A stretch of DNA of 64,000 nucleotides from an uncultured Bryobacterales bacterium. Its GTDB lineage: Bacteria; Acidobacteriota; Terriglobia; Bryobacterales; UBA6623. Position 1 is the first letter of the stretch. Each line of letters begins with the position of its first letter. The notes under the pieces were generated by a model that was given only the letters and a program-made list of their open reading frames with translations, searched no databases and had not been told where the DNA came from. Made by a program: the position numbers and the translations under genes. This document shows positions 18,228 to 25,322 of this stretch, one piece after another. The stretch lies in the NCBI GenBank assembly GCA_964461235.1, contig CAYWUV010000025.1, positions 3,901 through 67,900 of the forward strand. Reading direction: 5' to 3'.

Positions 18228-18835
18228 GATCGCTGTCGACGGCTGGGGGAACGCGCTGAAGGCCTTCGCTGCGTACAAGGCCCTGTCGATCGGGGGCGGC
18301 TTGGTTCCGGGCGGACGCAGGAGAGTCGAGACGGCCAAGGATCTCTACGGCGGCCTCTGGGACGCAGTGACGTCTCCGGCAGCGAAGCGTGCGCGCGGAA
18401 CCGACGGGAAACTCGCCACCTCCTCCTTCGGCGCGGCGACGACCGGGGCCGGCAAGCTCGGCGGCGAGACCGCGAGCCCAGGCAAGACGCTCGGCTCGCT
18501 GGCGCTTCGCTTCGCCCCTCTCGCGATGGGCGCCCTCAAGACCCTGGGAGCGGCCGCGGCCGGTCTCGCCCTGTCCGTCCGTCCAGTCCGGGCCAGCTCC
18601 GCGAGCCGTCTCTGGCGCGAATCAGAATTCTTTCTCTGCACGTCCGGCACCGGCCTTGCCCAGCCCGGGAGACATCATTTCGGAGGCACCGGCGCGGATC
18701 GTGCACCATCACTACCGGACCACGATCCAGCAGGAGCCCGGTGAAGACCGTCGGGAACTGGCGGGTCGAGCAGTGGATGGGATCGGGCGTCGCCAGCAGC
18801 AGGAACGCAGGGAGGGCCAGTTCGATGCCTCTTGA
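18228..18835 (+). pseudogene. Phage tail tape-measure protein, C-terminal remnant (frameshifted)
   Basis: Gly/Ala-rich translation in one frame. The end, ..APARIVHHHYRTTIQQEPGEDRRELAGRAVDGIGRRQQQERREGQF, lies in a second frame. The stop at 18833-18835 overlaps the gpU ATG as in P2/phiCTX-type tail modules. The call rests mainly on position. Confidence 0.45.
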
Positions 18836-19224
18836 ACTGATGGTCCTGGGGGACTATCGGTTCTCGATCGACACTGCGGCCTACGACAAGCTGACCCGGA
18901 CCACTGAGTGCCGCTGGGCCAGACGGGACCGCATCGGCCGCGGCACCCAGCGCCCGCCTGTACATCGGGCCCGGCGCCGCCACGACCGACCTCAGGGGTA
19001 CCGTCCTGCCGACCCACCGAGGAAGCACCGGCCAGATCGACGGGATGCGTGCGGAGGCCGGCAAGAGAGGGCCATTGCGGCTGGTTGGAGGAACGGTCAT
19101 CGTCTTCGGTCTGTAAGTCATCCAGAGGATCAACGAGACTGGCCGTGTCTTCCTGGATGGGGGCATTCCTCGCCAGATCGATTTCGAGCTCCAGCTCGGC
19201 TACTACGGCGAAGACGCGGACTAG
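18825..19224 (+). pseudogene. Phage P2 GpU-type tail protein, frameshift + in-frame TAA
   Basis: MPLELMVLGDYRFSIDTAAYDKLTRTTECRWARRDRIGRG, then (frame change near 18945) PSARLYIGPGAATTDLRGTVLPTHRGSTGQIDGMRAEAGKRGPLRLVGGTVIVFGL*VIQRINETGRVFLDGGIPRQIDFELQLGYYGEDAD. TAA at 19114-19116. Confidence 0.8.
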
Positions 19225-19238
19225 GGCACACAGGGCTG

Positions 19239-19300
19239 ATGGCTGCCTATCTGACCAGCGAGGGCGACGTGCTGGCTTCCAGCTGCGCTTGGCAGGCCTG
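19239..19300 (+). pseudogene. Possible 5' stub of phage tail protein X
   Basis: MAAYLTSEGDVLASSCAWQAW resembles the M..y.t.qGDtlD.ia.r.yG start of tail protein X and sits where X follows U in phiCTX/R-pyocin order. Only about 20 codons. Confidence 0.3.
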
Positions 19301-19615
19301 GTCGCTGACCTCGATCAGCTCGGCGACGAGGCGGCGCTGGCGCTGACACTCGGCGATTTGCGCAAGGATAGCTGCGAGCTGGTCAGGATGGATGGTGCGA
19401 ATGCGAGTCTTGCCATTGACTCGGTGGGTGAGGATCCAGCGGGGGCCGTGGCCGGGATGGCCCGGGCCGGAGCAGCGGCAGTTGGGCTTGCCGCACTTGC
19501 GGTAGGAGGCCACGAGGGAGCCGGGGCGCAAGTCATCGAGAGCGGCGATCTGCTGGAGGAGTTGCTGGCGTCGGGCAGCGGGGCAGACACGGGTCTCCTT
19601 ATCTGGCAGCTTCAT
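19247..19615 (-). CDS. DUF6788-family protein
   Basis: 122 aa. GSLVASYRKCGKPNCRCSGPGHPGHGPRWILTHRVNGKTRIRTI is the CGKPNC..HGP signature of DUF6788. Its 3' end overlaps the gpX stub on the other strand. Confidence 0.7.
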   Translation of the reverse strand: MKLPDKETRVCPAARRQQLLQQIAALDDLRPGSLVASYRKCGKPNCRCSGPGHPGHGPRWILTHRVNGKTRIRTIHPDQLAAILAQIAECQRQRRLVAELIEVSDQACQAQLEASTSPSLVR

Positions 19616-19687
19616 GCACTTCCAGCATGGGATTCAGCAATCGGCGTGCTCTGAGTTACACCCCTTGCGGTTTCGATCGCAGGGCGC

Positions 19688-19717
19688 AGGGCCTCTTCGG
19701 AGGCCCTTGCTTTTTTT
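19688..19717 (+). terminator. Canonical intrinsic terminator-like hairpin in the NYN gene leader
   Basis: AGGGCCTC-TTCG-GAGGCCCT (8-bp perfect stem, TTCG tetraloop) followed by TGCTTTTTTT. Ends 10 nt before the ATG at 19728. Confidence 0.6.
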
Positions 19718-19727
19718 GGGCGCAGTG

Positions 19728-20351
19728 ATGCGTACGTTCGTATATGTTGACGGGTTCAATCTCTATTACGGCGCCCTCAAGAGAACCTCATGGAAGTGGC
19801 TGGACCTAGTCGCTCTGTTCAAGACTGTTCTACAGCAGCATCACGACATTCTCAAGGTCAAGTACTTCACCGCGAGAGTCTCGGGCGTGCCGTCCGACCA
19901 GTCGAAGCCACAGCGCCAGGACGTGTATCTCCGCGCACTCCAACGGTTCCGACCGGAAGTGGAGGTGCATTTTGGTCATTTTCTTGGGCACAGAGTCCGA
20001 GCGCCACTTGCACAGCCGCTGGGGGGACGGCACACGGCAGAGGTGGTCAAGACCGAGGAGAAGGGATCCGACGTCAATCTCGCTGTGCATCTGCTAAACG
20101 ACCGCTGGCTCGATTCGTACGACTGCGGAGTGGTGGTGAGCAATGATAGCGACATTGCCGAGGCCATGCGTCTCGTGCGTGAGCAGCATGGCAAGCGGAT
20201 TGGGCTAGTAACCCCAAGAACACGGAAACCTTCGCAGCAGCTAAAGAAACACGCCGACTTCGTGCGCCGTATCCGAGCCAACGGCTTACGGCACTCGCAA
20301 CTGCCTGACCCGATTCCCGGCACCACCATCCGGAAACCTGCGGCTTGGTGA
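19728..20351 (+). CDS. NYN-domain (LabA/PIN-like) putative ribonuclease
   Basis: 207 aa. MRTFVYVDGFNLYYG, TEEKGSDVNLAVHLL, CGVVVSNDSDIAEA are the acidic NYN/LabA motifs. Confidence 0.8.
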   Translation: MRTFVYVDGFNLYYGALKRTSWKWLDLVALFKTVLQQHHDILKVKYFTARVSGVPSDQSKPQRQDVYLRALQRFRPEVEVHFGHFLGHRVRAPLAQPLGGRHTAEVVKTEEKGSDVNLAVHLLNDRWLDSYDCGVVVSNDSDIAEAMRLVREQHGKRIGLVTPRTRKPSQQLKKHADFVRRIRANGLRHSQLPDPIPGTTIRKPAAW

Positions 20352-20751
20352 GGAGGCTGCCTTAAACGACGAGAACAGGATCGGTTCGCGAGGGAAGAGT
20401 TCGGTGACGTTGACCTCGAATGCGGTGTTGGGTGCGGCCGAGCGGCGTACGGTCCCGTGACAATGGACTGCTTGACGATCTGGGTCTCCACCGAGACGAG
20501 GTCGCGACTCTGGGAAGCGATGTGGGACCGACCGGCCGCCTGCCGGGAGCGCCTCCGCAGGCCCCCGCGGCCGGAGGGCCTTCCTGCAAGGAAAGATCCC
20601 GGGAGCGACCTCTCCGAAAGGCCAGTTTGCGCAAGCGAGGGCCGCTTTCGGGGGGGGCGCTCCCGCACGGCCCATTCTTCAGAGCCCTTGCCCCAGACGT
20701 ACAGCCCGGATCGCTAACCCACTGCCGGGCAATGTCTTAGCACGGCTTCGG

Positions 20752-20823
20752 GTGTTGCGCTTGAGGCAAGAGCGTGTTGCGCCGAGGCATTTTCCCCGCA
20801 ACAAGCGTGCGCAGGTGTTGCGC
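20752..20823 (+). repeat. Three direct copies of GTGTTGCGC
   Basis: Exact 9-mers at 20752-20760, 20774-20782 and 20815-20823 (start-to-start spacing 22 and 41 nt), 200-270 nt beyond the 3' end of the integrase gene. Confidence 0.6.
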
Positions 20824-21023
20824 CGGCGCGACCACAGCCCGCAAGGGCGGAAGAGGGCACGATGACAGCGCGAACGGCTGTCGCGGTGATCGCGGGAACG
20901 GTTGCCTTGTACCGGGACCTACGGCACGCGCCCTGGTCGGGCTCTGGACACGGATTCCACCTTTGACAATCCAGCCTCGTTTCGCCAGGGCTGATGTCCA
21001 GGATTGGTACAAGGTCCGTTCGT

Positions 21024-22220
21024 CTAGGCAGCACCTGAGAGATACACGGCCCAGGCCTGCATCAGTACCCGACGCCGATTGAGCAGGTCCGATCGCGCAT
21101 AGGCCGCCTCGACCTTGCTCTTGACGGCGTGGGCCAGGCACGCTTCTGCAACTTCGCGCGGTTGGCCCGTCTCCCCGCACCAATCGCGGAAGGACGACCG
21201 GAATCCGTGCGGGACCGCCTTGATGCCTTGCTCCCGGAGCAGCTTCGACAGCGTCGCGTCCGAGAGCGGCTTGCCGGTCACGGACGGAAAGATCAGCCCC
21301 TCGCCGTGCGAGAGTCGTCGCGCCTCGTCCAGCACGGTGAGCGCTCGCGGAGACAGCGGCACCTTGTGCTCGCGCCCCGTCTTGGATCGACCCGCCGGGA
21401 TGGTCCAGATCCCGGAATCCGGGTCGACTTCCCGCCACTCCGACAGCCGGACCTCGCCGGACCGGCACGCCGTCAGGACCAGGAACTCGAAGGCGGCCTT
21501 GGTTCCCGGCCAGGCTCCGCTGTCCCTAACCGTAGCGATCGCGGCCGCGACCTCGCCGTGGGGCAACGCCGTGAAATGCCGTGTCGATCGTCCGTTCCGG
21601 GGCAGGGCCGCGTCGAGCGTGGCTCCGGCGGGATCGTCCGTCCGGTAGCCCTCGGCCACGGCCCAGCGGAAGATCCGGCTGAGCCGCTGCTTGATGCGGC
21701 GCATCGTCTCGTGCTTCCTCGCCCAGTGCGGCAGCAACACGGCCATGATGTCGGCCGTGGTGATGCGGTCTATGCGGACGCGGCCCAGCTGCGGCAGCAC
21801 GTAATCGCGGAGACTGTTCCTCCAGATCTGCGCCGAACGAGCGCCGTCTTTCCAGCTTGCGGAATGGATCGCCAGCACACTCTCGCTTGCCTGGGCGAGC
21901 GTCGGGACGGAGTCGCGCTGGTCATGGCCCTTGGCGAGTGCGCGGCGATTCTCCAAGGCGGCCTTGCGAGCCTCTGCCAGCGAGACGACCGGGAACGAGC
22001 CGAGCCCGATGCTGACGGGCTTGCCATGGATCCGCAGCCGCTGGCTCCAGGTCCGTGAATGGCCTCCGAGCTTCATCGGCTTGACCAGCAGCGAGAGCCC
22101 GTGGCTGCCCCGTCCGTCACCGTAGCGTCCGGGTCTCGTCACTGTCTTGACGAAGGTAGCGGAGAGCCGTTTCGGGGTTCGTGTTGCCTGTGAGGTTATG
22201 CCTTCAGTTATGCCTTTCAT
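21024..22220 (-). CDS. int: Tyrosine-type site-specific integrase (P4-like, DUF4102 arm-binding N-terminus)
   Basis: 398 aa. N-terminus LSATFVKTVTRPGRYGDGRGSHGLSLLVKP..SRTWSQRLRIHGKPVSIGLGSFPVVSLAEAR. Catalytic HGFRSSFRDW and KVEAAYARSD boxes. Confidence 0.9.
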   Translation of the reverse strand: MKGITEGITSQATRTPKRLSATFVKTVTRPGRYGDGRGSHGLSLLVKPMKLGGHSRTWSQRLRIHGKPVSIGLGSFPVVSLAEARKAALENRRALAKGHDQRDSVPTLAQASESVLAIHSASWKDGARSAQIWRNSLRDYVLPQLGRVRIDRITTADIMAVLLPHWARKHETMRRIKQRLSRIFRWAVAEGYRTDDPAGATLDAALPRNGRSTRHFTALPHGEVAAAIATVRDSGAWPGTKAAFEFLVLTACRSGEVRLSEWREVDPDSGIWTIPAGRSKTGREHKVPLSPRALTVLDEARRLSHGEGLIFPSVTGKPLSDATLSKLLREQGIKAVPHGFRSSFRDWCGETGQPREVAEACLAHAVKSKVEAAYARSDLLNRRRVLMQAWAVYLSGAA

Positions 22221-22300
22221 GGAGAGAACGCCGGAAACCCAAGCATCCCATAAAATTCAATAACTATCTTGTTATCAGTGTTTTGAGTATTCACCCTGAG
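22221..22300 (-). promoter_or_regulatory. AT-rich putative integrase promoter region
   Basis: Locally AT-rich stretch (cccataaaattcaataactatcttgttatcagtgttttgagtattc) directly upstream of int, with a short inverted repeat ATAAC-n6-GTTAT. No confident -35/-10 assignment. Confidence 0.3.
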
Positions 22301-22494
22301 ACCCTTGAACACCCCTCGATGCTGCGGATCGGTTGCCACCCGAGCCTCCATTCAGCAACGAGTCGAATAGGCGTCAACTGGCTGTGCGAACTCCGGGAAT
22401 TCTGGCCGGCGGGTCTCGTCCTGAGAGGGCTCACACCTCCCCAACCTTCCATGCAAGGGGTCCCCGTTTACCCCCCCTTGGACTGGAGAAATCC

Positions 22495-22776
22495 ATGTAT
22501 GCAGTACGCAGATGGGAAATGTCGGGAAGGTTACCGAATCGGCGGGTCGAGGCGCTCATGCTTACTCTGTACTCTGATCTCGACCCGGTCCGGGAACCGT
22601 TGTTGCTGCGGGTCCGTATAAAGGGCAAGACTGGCCAAGGCAATGGTATTCCGTGCGGAACGGCCTTGTGCACCTTCAGTGAGCCACGGAGTGATTCTTC
22701 AGGCGCCCCTTTCAGCCCGCTGGCAGTAGGTGCACATTCGGAGAAACGGGGTGCTGGATTCTGCGCACTCAGCTAA
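22495..22776 (+). CDS. Possible small HTH (AlpA/Xre-like) protein
   Basis: ATG preceded by GGAG with a 6-nt spacer. MYAVRRWEMSGRLPNRRVEALML resembles the recognition-helix region of AlpA/Xre regulators found next to P4-type integrases. The rest is unrecognisable. Confidence 0.2.
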   Translation: MYAVRRWEMSGRLPNRRVEALMLTLYSDLDPVREPLLLRVRIKGKTGQGNGIPCGTALCTFSEPRSDSSGAPFSPLAVGAHSEKRGAGFCALS

Positions 22777-22857
22777 CTCAAGCAGGACCGATCAAGTGTC
22801 GTGGAACAGTGCCCCATTTCTGCTGTTGCGTGCTCCGTTCGCGCTAGTCCAGACGCT

Positions 22858-23958
22858 TCATTCGGAGCGGAATTCCGCAGGCAAGTCTACTGTCACCTCG
22901 GAGTCAGTTTCTCGCTCGACGAGTGTCAGAACTCCCTCATCGAATTCCATATCGGCCACGCCCAAGTAGGTATGTGGAACCCTCTCAAGAAAGCCGACAA
23001 ACGACCGAGTCACGCTCTCCGAAGCATCTAGGAACTCCACGATGGGGCGCCCGAAGATCCGCCCCTTTCGGACCAGGTCGGGGAATGGCCGGTGAAGGCC
23101 GGTCGTACCGAACTCCAAGCCTCTCGCTAAGGGCTCGCCTGCGTCGACGCGACGCCACATGTTGAGCCAAGGGTACTCTGCTGTGTGCCACACATAGCCG
23201 ATCAGCAGACCCTTGGCCGCGTTGGCAGCGGTCACCCACCCGATTTCGTCGTCGATCACGTAGGACACCACGTTCGGATCGTGGTCGTCCGTGAGGTGGC
23301 GGAGATTGACGGACTGCCCTTCCTTGAGCGCGTTCGGCCAGACCACGGACGGCTCTTCCGGATTCGGCATGGATCCGCCCTGCACGAACCCCTTGGTAGC
23401 GTTGGAATCCACCACGACTGTCTCGTCCAGGAAAGGCGGGCCGAGGGTAGGATGCTGCACCATGTTGTAGACCCGCCCGAGTTTGTTGAGGTTAGTGACA
23501 GTTTCGACGGCGTAGAACCACGGCCCGTCAGGAGCGAGCTCGAGACGGCGTTCGACTCGCAGGCCTGCCATCGGAAGGTCGGCTGACATCTGTACGCTCG
23601 TGGCGTCATAGTCAAGGACCGTCCACGCAACCTTGGTGGCTTCACCGTGCCCAGGCATGCCGTTCGCGGCTTCGGCCTCCGATGGCAGCCCCCATCGGTC
23701 CAGGCAAAGGAAGTGGCTCATTGACCGGGTCTCGTCAGTTGGCCCGTCGTTCGCCCATCGCAACGGGTTCAAGCCATGGCCGACCAAGTGGAAGTCAACG
23801 ATCGAGCCGCCGAGGATGTCGACGACGAGACGTGCCTGGCGCCCTTGGAGCACGATCGAGCGCCGCCCGTCGACAAGCTCTTCCGCAGCAAGCTCTTCCG
23901 CAGTTAGAGGGGCCACGGCAAACAGCCCGGCTATGAGGGGAATGAACAACCAGCGCAT
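22858..23958 (-). CDS. Secreted protein, possibly galactose-mutarotase-like fold (DUF4432/aldose-epimerase-like)
   Basis: Intact ORF. Probable start at the ATG at 23958 giving signal peptide MRWLFIPLIAGLFAVAPLTA. Weak resemblance to mutarotase-like proteins (GGSIVDFHL, MPGHGEA, QHPTLGPPFL). Product uncertain. Confidence 0.4.
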   Translation of the reverse strand: MRWLFIPLIAGLFAVAPLTAEELAAEELVDGRRSIVLQGRQARLVVDILGGSIVDFHLVGHGLNPLRWANDGPTDETRSMSHFLCLDRWGLPSEAEAANGMPGHGEATKVAWTVLDYDATSVQMSADLPMAGLRVERRLELAPDGPWFYAVETVTNLNKLGRVYNMVQHPTLGPPFLDETVVVDSNATKGFVQGGSMPNPEEPSVVWPNALKEGQSVNLRHLTDDHDPNVVSYVIDDEIGWVTAANAAKGLLIGYVWHTAEYPWLNMWRRVDAGEPLARGLEFGTTGLHRPFPDLVRKGRIFGRPIVEFLDASESVTRSFVGFLERVPHTYLGVADMEFDEGVLTLVERETDSEVTVDLPAEFRSE

Positions 23959-24255
23959 CGCTCCTGATCGTGACCGAATCATTCCACGATAGATCATATC
24001 GTTCCCGTTGATCCTTGGCGCTCGGGGCCATCAGAAGTCGCCCGGCCCGAGCGAAGCTCCCGCACACAACCTGTTCGTACACAGTCAATCGATTCGCGGA
24101 CCGAATCGCAGGGGTGTCGACCAGTCCGTGAGAGAGTCTTCGACCCCATCCCGGGTTGTCGGTATTCGAGACTCGCGACGTGCCTTCCATCCCAACCGGA
24201 ACTGGGGACCCACCCAGTCGGGAGTTGGCGACTTGTGCGACGATAGCGCCCGCCT

Positions 24256-25227
24256 ATGGAACATTCTGTCCGAACTACGTCACTTCGAATGGCGTATCGA
24301 CGCCTGATCGCCACCGGCGTCGGGCTGGCTGTCGGCCTGGCCATTGCCAGCAATCAGGCTGCCGCTGAGCCAGCAGGCCGAAGTCAGGGCCAGCTTCTGC
24401 GAAGAGGGTACGACAGCCAAGTCACGGGAGAACGTCGCGAGTACTTCGTATACCTGCCGACTGGCTATCACACGGAATCCGGCAAGCGCTGGCCGGTGAT
24501 CCTATTCCTCCACGGTGGGGGCGAGCGCGGTGACGCCATGGAGGATCTCGATCTGGTCCTCGTTCACGGCCCGGTGGCGGAGGCCTGGATCCAGGGGCGA
24601 GACCTGCCATTCATCATGATCTCGCCGCAGATGCCCTTGTTCGACCGACCGCGCCGCAGCTCGGACCAGCCGGTTCCCGAGCGAATCGAGGATGGCCCGC
24701 CGCCAGCACGTCGGTACGGTCGGCGTCCAACTCAGCCGATGGCGCGGGTGACCGACCCGAGCATCCCGTCTTACGCGGGCCCCACATTGAGCGACAGCTG
24801 GACTAGGATGGAAACCGAAGTGTTGGCGATGGTGGATTCCACCCTTCGTGAGTTCCGGGCCGACGAGGATCGGGTCTACCTGACCGGATTGAGCTTCGGC
24901 GGTGCCGGAACGTGGCACCTGGCGATGGCAGCCCCGGATCGATGGGCTGCGATCGCCCCCATCTGCGGTCCCGGAGATCCCAGCCGAGTCGATCGGATCG
25001 CGAACGCCAGTACCCCCGTGTGGGTATTCCAGGGAGGTCGTGACACAGTGGTCCGTCCGGAGCGTGTTCTGGAAACCGTAACAGCCTTGGAGGCAGCAGG
25101 CCATCCCGAGGTTCGCTTCACCGTCCATGAGGACTTGGGGCACAACGTCTGGACCCGTGTGTACGAAGGCTGGGACCTCTACGCATGGTTTCTCGCCAAC
25201 AGGCGGCAGGCCGGAACTGATGAGTAG
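24256..25227 (+). CDS. Secreted alpha/beta hydrolase (carbohydrate-esterase/PHB-depolymerase-like esterase)
   Basis: Signal peptide. WPVILFLHGGGERGD, nucleophile elbow GLSFGG, VWVFQGGRDTVV, DLGHNVW. Start may be the ATG at 24289. Confidence 0.7.
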   Translation: MEHSVRTTSLRMAYRRLIATGVGLAVGLAIASNQAAAEPAGRSQGQLLRRGYDSQVTGERREYFVYLPTGYHTESGKRWPVILFLHGGGERGDAMEDLDLVLVHGPVAEAWIQGRDLPFIMISPQMPLFDRPRRSSDQPVPERIEDGPPPARRYGRRPTQPMARVTDPSIPSYAGPTLSDSWTRMETEVLAMVDSTLREFRADEDRVYLTGLSFGGAGTWHLAMAAPDRWAAIAPICGPGDPSRVDRIANASTPVWVFQGGRDTVVRPERVLETVTALEAAGHPEVRFTVHEDLGHNVWTRVYEGWDLYAWFLANRRQAGTDE

Positions 25228-25322
25228 AAAGCGCCTTGGACAGGCCCTCGCCCCGCGCCTCTTCGCAAACAGCAATGGGTACAATCAGGCAGGCGAACTA
25301 GCGGACGCCCATCGGTTCACAT

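Noticed and set aside
20352-22857. Search for a tRNA/tmRNA gene or att core flanking the P4-type integrase.
   Set aside because: No T-loop/acceptor-like sequence or cloverleaf could be built by eye on either strand. This is not proof of absence and needs tRNAscan-SE/Infernal.
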